DNA from: a virus
Taxonomy: Duplodnaviria; Caudoviricetes
Virus record (IMG/VR): IMGVR_UViG_3300021403_000011
Location: 1-59,588 of that record
Length of the DNA: 59,588 nucleotides
Reading direction: 5' to 3' (one strand)
Shown: positions 9,261-18,089 of the stretch, in pieces
Position numbering within the stretch: the first letter of the stretch is position 1
Layout: every line of letters begins with the position of its first letter
Notes under the pieces: model-generated
What the model was told of the DNA's origin: nothing
What the model saw: only the letters and a program-made list of their open reading frames with translations
Database searches by the model: none
Made by a program: the position numbers and the translations under genes

Positions 9261-10067
9261 GTGGGTGCGCTCGCATACAACCCAGACGTCGCCATAGCCC
9301 GCGCGAAGTACCAGCAGCGGGTCATCGACGCGCGCACCAGCCTCCAGAACTTCATCGAGTTCGCCGGCCGCTCCGAGGAGGGCGCCGGCATCGAGCTGGA
9401 CCACATCCACAAGATGTGGTGCCACCACCTGACCTACTGCTGGTCGCGCGGCCTGCACGCGGGCATCCTGGCGCCGTTCGGGTCCGGCAAGTCGTCGACC
9501 CTGGCGGTGCCCCTGTCGTGCTACCTGATCGGGCGCAACCCGCAGATCCGGATCAAGTTGGTGGCCAACCACGACGACTACGCCAAGCGCCGGGTCGGCG
9601 CCGCGAAGGCGATCATGGAGACCGTCGAGTACCAGCAGGTCTTCCCGCACATCGTGCCAGGTGAGAAGTGGACCGACCACGAGCTCGAGGTGGCGCGCAT
9701 GCGCGGCCCGATCGATCCCACGCTCCACGCGCGCGGCGTCCTGACTGCCGGCGTCGGCACGCGCGCTGACGTCGAGATCTTCGACGACGTCTGCGACCAG
9801 CTCAACAGTGAGGAGCCCGGCAGCCGGCGCAAGGTGAAGGAGTTCGTGCGCCGCACGTGGCTCTCCCGCCTCGACCAGAAGGCCGGGCGCGCGCTCTGGA
9901 TAGCGACGCCCTGGGACCCGGACGACGCGACCTACGACTTGATGCACGACCAGAAGTGGGCGTTTCTTGTCCAAAGGGTCGCTAAGAGCCACACCGAATA
10001 CGACCAGGAAGTCTTCAATGTCGGCGACGACTATACGGTCGGGTTGGAGGCAATATTGAAGAGATGA
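9261..10067 (+). CDS. terL: terminase large subunit, ATPase half only
   Basis: Walker A APFGSGKS, G.RAD, Walker B IFDD, coupling ATPW; GTG 8 nt after TAACAT. Confidence 0.85.
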   Translation: MGALAYNPDVAIARAKYQQRVIDARTSLQNFIEFAGRSEEGAGIELDHIHKMWCHHLTYCWSRGLHAGILAPFGSGKSSTLAVPLSCYLIGRNPQIRIKLVANHDDYAKRRVGAAKAIMETVEYQQVFPHIVPGEKWTDHELEVARMRGPIDPTLHARGVLTAGVGTRADVEIFDDVCDQLNSEEPGSRRKVKEFVRRTWLSRLDQKAGRALWIATPWDPDDATYDLMHDQKWAFLVQRVAKSHTEYDQEVFNVGDDYTVGLEAILKR

Positions 10068-10597
10068 CCCACGGAAATGCTCGCCTGCGCCGCCCGCTGC
10101 GCATCTTCGAGGACCGAGTGGAGATCCCGCTGACGCGCGGCAAGGTCGCGATCGTCGACCTGATCGATGCGGACCTCGCGTACTTCAATTGGACGACGGA
10201 GGCCAGTCAGGACGGACTGCGGTGGTACGCGCATCGCAATGGCCCGCGTCCCCGTCGGGAATGCATAAAGCTCCACCGCGAGATCGCGAAACGGATGGGG
10301 CTCAAGTTGAACGGGCGGGAAGTCGATCACCACGATGGCGATGGACTCAACTGCCGGCGGGTCAACCTGAGGCGCGCGTCCAGCGGTCAGAACAAGCACA
10401 ACGCGAGGAAGCCGCGCAACAACAAGAGCGGGTTCAAAGGGATCTCATGGAGGCAGGACAGCCAGAAATGGCAGGTCCACATCCAGGCCAATAAGAAAGC
10501 CCACTACCTGGGATTGTTCGCTGACCTGTCAACCGCGGTCGCCGCGCGGTCTGAGGCCGCGCAGCGTCTCCACGGGGAGTACGCCCGGGCCGTGTAA
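10064..10597 (+). CDS. HNH-AP2 homing endonuclease
   Basis: VDHHDGDGLNCRRVNLR..QN; AP2 SGFKGISW..KW..I..YLGLF..AAQRLHGEYA. Confidence 0.9.
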   Translation: MTHGNARLRRPLRIFEDRVEIPLTRGKVAIVDLIDADLAYFNWTTEASQDGLRWYAHRNGPRPRRECIKLHREIAKRMGLKLNGREVDHHDGDGLNCRRVNLRRASSGQNKHNARKPRNNKSGFKGISWRQDSQKWQVHIQANKKAHYLGLFADLSTAVAARSEAAQRLHGEYARAV

Positions 10598-10607
10598 TAT
10601 CCCCCGC

Positions 10608-10964
10608 ATGAGCATCAACGCCAAGGAAGCCAAGGAACTGGGCGACCTCGTGGTCGAGGCGGCGCCGGGCCTCGGGGAGACGCCGCTGGCCAAGCTCCAG
10701 GAGCTCCTGGCCATCGTCATCGCCGAGACCACCAAGACGAACAACGGGGTCGAGGAGCGGGTGCGCGAGGCCGGCAGCATCCCCCCCGACATCACCATCG
10801 TGCTCATGCACTACGGCGCGCTGACGGCGATCTACCGCGACCTCCCGTCCGGCGACAGCCGGCGCGCTCTCATCCTCGCCGGCGAGCAGGTCGGCGCGTT
10901 CATCGCGAAGAAGTACGGCGAGAAGCTCCGAAGTGAGCTCACCGCCAAAACCACCACGCACTGA
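10608..10964 (+). CDS. hypothetical protein
   Basis: ATG 7 nt after TAATAT at 10595. Confidence 0.65.
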   Translation: MSINAKEAKELGDLVVEAAPGLGETPLAKLQELLAIVIAETTKTNNGVEERVREAGSIPPDITIVLMHYGALTAIYRDLPSGDSRRALILAGEQVGAFIAKKYGEKLRSELTAKTTTH

Positions 10965-10981
10965 GAGGAGCCGAACCCGCC

Positions 10982-11482
10982 ATGGCCAAGCCCAGGAACC
11001 CACGCACACCCAAGCAGAAGGACGAGATCGTCAGCCGCGTGAAGCGGATGCTGCCCTGCGCCATCGACGAGAAGGTCACCAAGAAGAAGGAGAAGCGCAT
11101 CGTCCACGCGCTGACCGAGAAGAAGGACGAGCAGGAGAAGATGAACGCGGAGATCCTGCCCCGTCGGAAGAAGATCAAGGAGCTCGAGGGGGAGATCGAG
11201 ACCCTCCGCGCGCAGATCGAGAACGGCACCGAGGACCGCGAGGTGCTGTGCGACGTCGTCAAGGACTTCATCCACCACAAGGTGCTGGTCCGCCGCCGCG
11301 ATACCGGCGACGTCGTCGAGGACCGGACGATGACCGAGGAGGACCGCCAGGAGGACCTGCTCAAGGCCAGGGGTAAGAAGGCCAAGGCCGGCGAGGCGGA
11401 TACCGATGACAATGACCACGGCGACGTCGACGACGAGGGCGAGATCCCACCCGACGGTGACGGTGAGCCCGAGGTCCACTAG
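10982..11482 (+). CDS. hypothetical coiled-coil protein with acidic tail
   Basis: GAGGAG SD, strong codon bias. Confidence 0.7.
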   Translation: MAKPRNPRTPKQKDEIVSRVKRMLPCAIDEKVTKKKEKRIVHALTEKKDEQEKMNAEILPRRKKIKELEGEIETLRAQIENGTEDREVLCDVVKDFIHHKVLVRRRDTGDVVEDRTMTEEDRQEDLLKARGKKAKAGEADTDDNDHGDVDDEGEIPPDGDGEPEVH

Positions 11483-11484
11483 CC

Positions 11485-11586
11485 GTGACGGGCGCCGGCG
11501 AGTACCTGGCCGACCTGGGGTGGCGTGTCGCCACCGCGGCGGTGGTGCTGCTCGGCGCGCTGCTCCTGTTCGGCCCCTGGCCCTAG
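11485..11586 (+). CDS. 33-aa single-TM peptide
   Basis: MTGAGEYLADLGWRVATAAVVLLGALLLFGPWP fills the intergenic gap. Confidence 0.4.
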   Translation: MTGAGEYLADLGWRVATAAVVLLGALLLFGPWP

Positions 11587-11620
11587 ACGGCCGGGGGCCG
11601 AGCGTGGCAGCATCGGTCCC

Positions 11621-12055
11621 ATGAGCACCGTCTGCCGCTACATCTTCCTGCTAGCTCTCGGTGGTTGGCTGTCGTCCCAGGTCGCGAGCTGCGCCACCAC
11701 CACGGCTGTCGTCGCGACGGTCAAGGACTGCGGGAACCAGGTCACGAATACCGTGGCCCGCGGCATCTTGAACGACGTCTCGACGGCGGTCGTGTGCGAC
11801 GGCGGCAGCGTCAGCGCGCTCCCCGCGTGCGTCCTGGCCGGCCTGGCGTCGATCGCCAAGCAGGCGGGCTGGGCGGCGGTCGACTGCGCCCTGGCCGAGG
11901 TCCAGAAGGACGCGGCGAGCAACGTGAACAACCTCCCCGCGGCCTCCGCCCCCGACGAGCAGGAGCTGCTCAGGTGGCGGCGCGCGAGCGCGGCGATCGC
12001 CTGGAGGTCCGGGCCGGACGGGGGATCCGGCACCGCGCCCCCAGGGGCGCCATGA
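11621..12055 (+). CDS. putative lipoprotein
   Basis: Signal-like N-terminus with VASC lipobox-like motif. Confidence 0.6.
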   Translation: MSTVCRYIFLLALGGWLSSQVASCATTTAVVATVKDCGNQVTNTVARGILNDVSTAVVCDGGSVSALPACVLAGLASIAKQAGWAAVDCALAEVQKDAASNVNNLPAASAPDEQELLRWRRASAAIAWRSGPDGGSGTAPPGAP

Positions 12056-12780
12056 GCTGCATCGCCGTCGTCAACCGCGTCCCCGGGCTCGACGACGGGG
12101 ACGCGGCATTCTGGGCCGAAGCCTGGAACCAACAGGCGCGCGAGGTCGCGGACGTGCATGGGGTCCAGTACACCCCGGTGGTCTTCTACGGCACGGCCGA
12201 GGGACTGCCGATCGACTGCCGCATCCTGCAGGTCCTGCCCCAGATCGACGTGCCGGGCGCTTCCGGGTTCCACGACGACGACCTCGGGGTGGTGTTCGCC
12301 GAGATAAAGGTGACGGCCGAGACGTCGGTCACCGGGTCGCACGAGGTCGCCGAGGAGATGGCCGACCCGACGGTCAACCTCTGGGACCCGTTCGACGACG
12401 ACCACGAGCAGGCGCACGAGCTCTGCGACCGCGTCGAGGGCGACTTCTACGTCCAGCAGGCGACGGTGCTCGGCAAGACGCGTTCGGTGCAGGTGTCGAA
12501 CTACCTGCTGCCGTCCGCCTTCGACCCGGGCGGCAAGGCGCCGTTCGACCGGATGGGCAGGCTCACGTCCTGGAACGGGATGACGGCCGGTGGCTACGTG
12601 ATCGTCAGGGACATCGGCACAGGCAAGGTCAGCGACGTCTTCAAGGACGACGGCGTCGGCAGCGGGCACGTCGCCGCGCGCCGCGCCCCCCGCGTCATCC
12701 CGGGGCCTGCCGCCGCCGCCGCTATCACCGAGAAGCTCGGCAGGTCCGGCTCCCGCCTCGCCCGCCGCCTCCGCGGCTAG
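12052..12780 (+). CDS. putative zincin-like metallopeptidase
   Basis: GFH, SHEVAEEMADP, ELCDRV, VSNY motifs; ATGA overlap. Confidence 0.6.
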   Translation: MSCIAVVNRVPGLDDGDAAFWAEAWNQQAREVADVHGVQYTPVVFYGTAEGLPIDCRILQVLPQIDVPGASGFHDDDLGVVFAEIKVTAETSVTGSHEVAEEMADPTVNLWDPFDDDHEQAHELCDRVEGDFYVQQATVLGKTRSVQVSNYLLPSAFDPGGKAPFDRMGRLTSWNGMTAGGYVIVRDIGTGKVSDVFKDDGVGSGHVAARRAPRVIPGPAAAAAITEKLGRSGSRLARRLRG

Positions 12781-12811
12781 GTCAACTGACCGGGCGGGTA
12801 ATATCCCGTCC

Positions 12812-13273
12812 ATGGGTAGCCGCGTCGGCGTCCTGAAGATAGCCGCCAAAAAGCTCGGCCTGGAGTTCGGCTGCGACACATGGCACCCGCGGTCAGCGTT
12901 CGGCGCGGATAAGAGCCGCAATGACGGGTTAGCTGCGGCGTGCACAAAGGCCAGGGCGGCGACGCATCCTCCAGGGTGGGAACCCGCGCCAAAGACGAAC
13001 CCTCTTACGGGTAAGCCGGGGCCGGCTCCGGCCCTTGGCCGCGATGGCGACAAGATCCAAGCCAGGTCGCGGATCAATCGTGAGGTCAAGAACGGTTCAA
13101 GGCCGAACCCAAACACGGTCCCGTGCACCGACTGCGGGCACTTGGGCAAGGATCGGCGACATGAACACGACCACTATCGTGGCTACGCTGCTGAACATCA
13201 TGGGGATGTCCAGGTGGTCTGTAGTCGGTGCCACCACGAGAGGGAGATGAAGCGTGGGCGAAACGTCCATTGA
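12812..13273 (+). CDS. HNH-like endonuclease
   Basis: CTDCG..HEHDH...VVCSRCHH; lower GC; TAATAT 7 nt upstream. Confidence 0.65.
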   Translation: MGSRVGVLKIAAKKLGLEFGCDTWHPRSAFGADKSRNDGLAAACTKARAATHPPGWEPAPKTNPLTGKPGPAPALGRDGDKIQARSRINREVKNGSRPNPNTVPCTDCGHLGKDRRHEHDHYRGYAAEHHGDVQVVCSRCHHEREMKRGRNVH

Positions 13274-14282
13274 ATGGAGCCAATTTACGGTCAACCCCAT
13301 CCGCGCGCGGCCGAAGAACAAGCCGGGCGCGCGCTCGGGGCACTACTGCGAGAAGGTCAGCCCCGGCTGCAAGAACTGCTACAGCTCGAGCTTCCAGCCG
13401 CGATTCGGCATGCCGCGGTTCGAGGACGCGGAGATCGACGACCTGGAGGTCTACCTGGACCCCGAGGTCCTGAGGCAGGTACTGCGCCGCCGGCAGCCGA
13501 CGAAGTTCTTCTGGTGCTCGATGACGGACGTGTTCGGGCGCTGGGTTCCGGACGAGTGGATCGCGGCCTGCTTCGGGGTGATGGCGGCGACGCCCCACCA
13601 CACCCACCAGGTGCTGACGAAACGCGCGGAGCGCCTGCCCCAATGGTTCGAGTGGATCAAGGGCCAGTGTTTTACCGGTAATCCGTTTCTGCAGGATTCG
13701 TATGCCCTGTGTTCCACGTGCGCATTCCTTACGCAGGACGTCGCCGGGATCGATGTCCAGAAAGAATCAAGGTCTCCGATAGCAGGCCGAGCTGCTTGGC
13801 CGCTATCCAACGTCCACGTCGGGGTCAGCGTCGAGACCCAGGAGTACGCCGACCTGCGGATCCCGCTGCTGCGCAAGGTGCCGGCGGCAGTGAAGTTCGT
13901 CAGCGCCGAGCCGCTGCTGGGCCCGGTCAACATCTTCGACGTCGACCAGGAGGACGGCGACTACGGTCCCGGATGGGACCTCAAGCACGTCGAGCACCGG
14001 ACCGACTATGGGACTGGCGTCGAGCACGACGTCGACGCGCAGACGGGCATTGATTGGGTCATCGTGGGCGGCGAGAGCGGGAACCGCGCGCGCGATTGCG
14101 ACCTGGCCTGGATGCGCTCCCTGGTCCGGCAATGCCAGCGCGCCCAGGTCCCGGTCCTGGTCAAGCAGCTCGGCGCGCGGCCGGTCGACGGCGGCCAACT
14201 CATCCAGCTGCGCGGCAGCAAGAAGGGCGGGGACATAGAAGAATTTCCGAACGAGTTGCGGGTCCGGGAGTTCCCGCTGTGA
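13254..14282 (+). CDS. DUF5131 / phage Gp37-Gp68 family protein
   Basis: TSIEW, CEKVSPGCKNCY, SMTDVF, QVLTKR, SAEPLLG, WVIVGGESG, KQLG. Confidence 0.9.
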   Translation: MGETSIEWSQFTVNPIRARPKNKPGARSGHYCEKVSPGCKNCYSSSFQPRFGMPRFEDAEIDDLEVYLDPEVLRQVLRRRQPTKFFWCSMTDVFGRWVPDEWIAACFGVMAATPHHTHQVLTKRAERLPQWFEWIKGQCFTGNPFLQDSYALCSTCAFLTQDVAGIDVQKESRSPIAGRAAWPLSNVHVGVSVETQEYADLRIPLLRKVPAAVKFVSAEPLLGPVNIFDVDQEDGDYGPGWDLKHVEHRTDYGTGVEHDVDAQTGIDWVIVGGESGNRARDCDLAWMRSLVRQCQRAQVPVLVKQLGARPVDGGQLIQLRGSKKGGDIEEFPNELRVREFPL

Positions 14283-14425
14283 AACGCATCTGGCGCTGGC
14301 TGCGCGCGCGCTGGCGGGGAGAGCTGACAGACGAGGAGCTAGGACAAGTTCAGGTGGCGGTGCGCCTGGGGATCCGAGACGCATTTAGGGATCTCGGTTT
14401 TAAGGTCGACGAAAGGGAGCAATGA
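14279..14425 (+). CDS. small hypothetical protein
   Basis: GTGA/ATGA-coupled on both sides. Confidence 0.45.
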   Translation: MKRIWRWLRARWRGELTDEELGQVQVAVRLGIRDAFRDLGFKVDEREQ

Positions 14426-14865
14426 AAGTTCTGTCGGCCTGGCAGCCCTACGCGCAGCTGATGGTGCTGGGCAGCAAGGGCATCGAGACGCGCGGCTGGC
14501 CCCTCGGCGTCGTGCCGCAGCGGATCGCGATCCACGCCGCGAAGTCCGTCAGGGCGCTGCGTGAGGTGTTCACGCAGCCGCACTTCTACGAGGCGCTCGA
14601 AGCGGCCGGCTTCACCCACTCGGAGGCGCTTCCGCTCGGCGCGCTGGTCGGGACCGTCGAGGTCTACGGCTGCACCCCGACGGAGGAGGTCGACCCGGCG
14701 GTGATCGGGATGCGTGAGTACGCATTCGGTGACTACGGCCCCAAGCGCTTCGCGTGGCACCTGCGCAACCAGGTGAGCTTCCCGCCGATCCCGATGGTCG
14801 GGCACCAGGGGCTGCGCGAGCTCCCGCCGGACATCCTGGCGTTCATCCCGGAGCGCGCGCTGTGA
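14422..14865 (+). CDS. ASCH domain protein
   Basis: MKVLS..QPYA..GxKxIETR.W..IAIHA..G.QGL. Confidence 0.85.
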   Translation: MKVLSAWQPYAQLMVLGSKGIETRGWPLGVVPQRIAIHAAKSVRALREVFTQPHFYEALEAAGFTHSEALPLGALVGTVEVYGCTPTEEVDPAVIGMREYAFGDYGPKRFAWHLRNQVSFPPIPMVGHQGLRELPPDILAFIPERAL

Positions 14866-15326
14866 GCGTCGCGATCGTCGGGGAGCTGAACCCATACGGC
14901 GCCAACCCGCGCTATGCGCTTTACCACGAGCCGCGCAACGCGAGCGGCGACCGTCTCCGGCGCATCCTGGGGCTCACGGTGCGCAGCTACGTGCCGTTGC
15001 CGAAGTACAATCTCTGCGTCGGGGACTGGTCGATGAAGGCGGCGCGCGCGCGGGCGCAAGAAATCTGGGACGCGCACGACCTGATCGTCACGCTGGGAGT
15101 CCGGGTGCGCAGCGCCTTCAACCAGCTGATCGGCACGCCGGGTTGTTCTGGGGTCGGCTTGGACATGATCCACGGGCACACGGTGGTCACTCTGCCGCAC
15201 CCGTCAGGGCTGTGCCGCGCGTGGAACATCACGGAGAACGTGGCCGACGCGCGCGAGCTGGTGCAGCGGTACACGGGCCTGCCGTGTGGCGAGGTCGAGG
15301 AGTTCCTCCGCGGGGCCGGGACGTGA
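14862..15326 (+). CDS. uracil-DNA glycosylase superfamily-like protein
   Basis: IVGExNP, SG.RL, IVTLG, LPHPSG motifs. Confidence 0.6.
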   Translation: MSVAIVGELNPYGANPRYALYHEPRNASGDRLRRILGLTVRSYVPLPKYNLCVGDWSMKAARARAQEIWDAHDLIVTLGVRVRSAFNQLIGTPGCSGVGLDMIHGHTVVTLPHPSGLCRAWNITENVADARELVQRYTGLPCGEVEEFLRGAGT

Positions 15327-15556
15327 TCCCCTGCGATGCCGATAGACCCCTGTACCTGGGGGCGTGGCGCAAGAAGGACCGGGTCCGGGATCGGTTCCGC
15401 GGGTGGGCGGACGAGACGCGCGTGACGTCGTGCCGAACGGTCACCGGCGGCCGGTTGGTCACGATCGAGACCCCCGGGTGCCCACCCGCCGAGATCTGGG
15501 CCTGGGAGCTGCTGGAGATCTACGAGGAGGCGCGCGGTGAACCCGACCTTCTGTAA
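15323..15556 (+). CDS. hypothetical protein
   Basis: GTGA-coupled. Confidence 0.5.
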   Translation: MIPCDADRPLYLGAWRKKDRVRDRFRGWADETRVTSCRTVTGGRLVTIETPGCPPAEIWAWELLEIYEEARGEPDLL

Positions 15557-15761
15557 GGGGTGCGGCAAGCCGATCCGGTGGTACCAGGACGACCGCAGCG
15601 GCAAGCGGTTGCCGCTCGACCCTGACCCGCACCCCGACGGGGACATGCGCGTCAACGTCGTGCGAAACGACGTCGCGCGCGTGAAGAAGGGGTCCCACGC
15701 CCCCCTCTACCGCCTGCACTTTGACACCTGCGCCAAACCCTGGAGCGGTCCACGAAAATAG
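15537..15761 (+). CDS. small Zn-binding protein
   Basis: CKGCG.PIRW...PLDPDP...HFDTC. Confidence 0.65.
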   Translation: MNPTFCKGCGKPIRWYQDDRSGKRLPLDPDPHPDGDMRVNVVRNDVARVKKGSHAPLYRLHFDTCAKPWSGPRK

Positions 15762-15764
15762 TTG

Positions 15765-15793
15765 TGGACAACCGTTACGATATTTACTAACGT
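15765..15793 (+). promoter_or_regulatory. sigma70-like promoter with conserved spacer (copy 1)
   Basis: TGGACA-ACCGTTACGATATTTAC(17)-TAACGT. Confidence 0.75.
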
Positions 15794-15851
15794 GGTCTGC
15801 GTAGGACGGGACGGCGATGAGCCGGGCCGAAACGAACCGAGGAGGTTCCCG

Positions 15852-16100
15852 ATGAGCGAGCGTGAGACGAGGTACTTCGAGAGGGTGGGCGCCGCGAAGA
15901 CTCCGGTGGCCCTGGCAGGCGCCTTCCGCCGCGGGCGTCGCAAGGTCGGCGATCGAGTCATGTTCCGCAATGGTTCGGCCCCTGGCGGCTGGCGCGCCGG
16001 TCGCGTGGTTGCCTGCGGGACCCACCGCGCTCGGGTGGCGTTCACGTTCTTCAACGGCCGCACCTCCGAGCGCAGCGTCCCATACGCGGACCTGCAGTAG
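15852..16100 (+). CDS. hypothetical protein
   Basis: GAGGAGG SD downstream of the promoter. Confidence 0.6.
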   Translation: MSERETRYFERVGAAKTPVALAGAFRRGRRKVGDRVMFRNGSAPGGWRAGRVVACGTHRARVAFTFFNGRTSERSVPYADLQ

Positions 16101-16189
16101 CTGCAGCCTTGCCCGCCCGGCCTCACGGGGCCCGGCGGGGAGGGCGCGAGCCACTCCGAACGGACAACCAACGCACCGAGGAGACCACC

Positions 16190-17371
16190 ATGCAGAACGG
16201 ACAAGTCATCGACGTGAAAGAGATCAAGCCCCAGCGCCGCACCCTGGACGCGCACCATTCGGAGTACGCCAAGTTCTCCCCGGCGGAGCGCGAGGCGAAG
16301 GCGCGCGCGAAGCTGCGCGAGCGCATCAACGTGGGCCAGAAGGCGGCGATGGTCGCGCTGGAGCGCATCCAGCGCGAGGTGCCGGCGGACCGGATTGTCC
16401 GGGCTCGGGCGCTGGACTTCGTCGCCCGCGGTGACGGGTCGATCGCGGCCGTCCTTCCCCAGGGCGAGCGCGGCGGCCGCCTGGCGCTCGGCCTGCACAA
16501 GCACGCGCGCTCGCAGTTGGCCCAGCGGGTCGGCCTGCCGATCAAGTTCATGAACGAGATGCTCGCCGAGGGCGCTTGGGGCCAGGACCTGGTCGCGCAC
16601 AACCTGGCGAAGCTGGCCGGCAACGGCACCGATGAGAAACTGCTGGTGCGCGCGGTGGGCGACGAGGTGCGCGGCGTCCTCTCGTCCAGCTATCGCACGG
16701 ACGACAGCCGCCCCGCGCTGGACTCCCTCCTCGAGTTCGCCCGCGAGGTCAACGCGGTGGTGGTGCAGGGCCACGCGCTCGACACCCGGGTCAGCTTCAA
16801 GATCATGAAGGGCGAGCCGGTCGAGATCTTCCCGGGCGAGTGGGCGATCATCGGGCTCGACTACCGCACCAGCGACTACGGCAACGGCGCCCGCGAGCTC
16901 CTCGGTTGGATCGAGCGGCTGCTCTGCCTCAACGGCTGCGTGGTCACGACCAACTTCCGCCGCGTCCACCTTGGTGGCCGCATCGAGAGCGACGTCGACT
17001 TCTCGTCGCGGACCAAGAAGCTGAACGAGCAGTACACGCGCAGCGCGACCCGCGACATGGCGAAGGCCCTGCTGGGCGACGGCGCGATCGAGAAGATGGT
17101 CACCCTGGTCCGCAGTGCCAACGAGGCCGCGCTCGACCCCGACGCGGCCCTCGCGACCCTCAAGAAGAGCGTGAACAAGGAGGAGGAGAAGCTCATCGTC
17201 GAGAAGTACAACTCGCCCGACGTCGAGCTGCTCCCCGCCGGCAACACCGCCTGGCGCTTCAGCAACGCGATCAGCTGGCTCGCCGGCCAGGTCGAGGACC
17301 AGGACCGCCGGCTCGACCTCGAGCGCCTGGCCGGCCAGGTGGTGGAGGACGCGGCCAAGAAGGCGGCCTAG
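16190..17371 (+). CDS. DUF932-like protein
   Basis: LLVR..RGVLSSSY, SDYG.G, RLLCLNG, RRVHLG, T.W...NAIS; GAGGAG SD. Confidence 0.7.
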   Translation: MQNGQVIDVKEIKPQRRTLDAHHSEYAKFSPAEREAKARAKLRERINVGQKAAMVALERIQREVPADRIVRARALDFVARGDGSIAAVLPQGERGGRLALGLHKHARSQLAQRVGLPIKFMNEMLAEGAWGQDLVAHNLAKLAGNGTDEKLLVRAVGDEVRGVLSSSYRTDDSRPALDSLLEFAREVNAVVVQGHALDTRVSFKIMKGEPVEIFPGEWAIIGLDYRTSDYGNGARELLGWIERLLCLNGCVVTTNFRRVHLGGRIESDVDFSSRTKKLNEQYTRSATRDMAKALLGDGAIEKMVTLVRSANEAALDPDAALATLKKSVNKEEEKLIVEKYNSPDVELLPAGNTAWRFSNAISWLAGQVEDQDRRLDLERLAGQVVEDAAKKAA

Positions 17372-17385
17372 CTCGCGCCCTGCTC

Positions 17386-17409
17386 CGGCCCCCGGTGCGA
17401 CGGGGGCCG
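17386..17409 (+). terminator. GC-rich hairpin after DUF932-like gene
   Basis: CGGCCCCCG-GTGCGA-CGGGGGCCG; no U-tract. Confidence 0.35.
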
Positions 17410-17410
17410 C

Positions 17411-17635
17411 ATGGAGGGACACGAGATGAAAGTTGAAGACGTCAGGAAACGGGTCGCCGCGATCGAGGCGGTGGCGGCCGAGGGGGACGATGAGAAGGCC
17501 CACAGCATGGAGGACGAGCTCTGGTACGACGTCCTGCTGGCGATCTCTCGGTACCACCAAACTAGCTACACCCCCGCAATGGCGCGCGAGGCGATCAAGA
17601 CCAAGGACATCGACTTCCAGAGGAACTGCGCATGA
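17411..17635 (+). CDS. hypothetical protein
   Basis: GDDEKAHSMEDEL; start may be the second Met. Confidence 0.65.
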   Translation: MEGHEMKVEDVRKRVAAIEAVAAEGDDEKAHSMEDELWYDVLLAISRYHQTSYTPAMAREAIKTKDIDFQRNCA

Positions 17636-17847
17636 GCACCCAGGTCATCGACCTCTGCCAGCAGGACCTGTGCATGGCCCCAGCTGTCTCGACGGTCACC
17701 ATCACCAACGGTGACCAGTCGGTCGACGTCAAGGTCTGCGGCAAGCACGAGCAGGAGCTGCAGGACAAGGTGCGCGCCGCCAACGAGGAGCCCGGCGCGC
17801 AGCTGGGGCTGACGGTCGTTCCGCTGCCGGCGAGGGCTGGGGCGTGA
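17632..17847 (+). CDS. hypothetical protein
   Basis: ATGA-coupled. Confidence 0.55.
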   Translation: MSTQVIDLCQQDLCMAPAVSTVTITNGDQSVDVKVCGKHEQELQDKVRAANEEPGAQLGLTVVPLPARAGA

Positions 17848-18089
17848 GCGCCGCCGGCCTCGCCAACCCGGCGCCGGCGGCGCGCTCCCTGTCCCGGGAG
17901 ATCGAGCGCGTCGACCAGGACATGTGGGCGGTGCTCCAGCGCCACCTGAAGCACTGCCAGCTCTGCGCCGGCAAGAAGGCGGGCGAGGACCTGTGCACGC
18001 TCGGCGGCATGCTGCGCAACGCCTGGTGCGAGGTCCGGCAGCTCCAGCGCGAGCCGTCACGGTGGTCCCTCATCGAGGTCATCGCGTGA
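17844..18089 (+). CDS. hypothetical protein
   Basis: GTGA-coupled; HxxxCxxC. Confidence 0.55.
   Translation: MSAAGLANPAPAARSLSREIERVDQDMWAVLQRHLKHCQLCAGKKAGEDLCTLGGMLRNAWCEVRQLQREPSRWSLIEVIA

Noticed and set aside
10024-10040. GACGACTATACG resembling a group I intron R/P7 element at the end of terL-N
   Set aside because: No partner S element (GATATAGTC-like) seen near either HNH or terL-C; the sequence is in-frame coding and terL-C has its own start
13660-13810. AT-richer patch inside DUF5131
   Set aside because: In frame with no boundary repeats; most simply ordinary mosaicism in a variable segment
15814-15833. GATGAG...CGAAAC resembling a hammerhead ribozyme core
   Set aside because: Lacks CUGA and supporting stems I and III; the second copy does not keep the pattern
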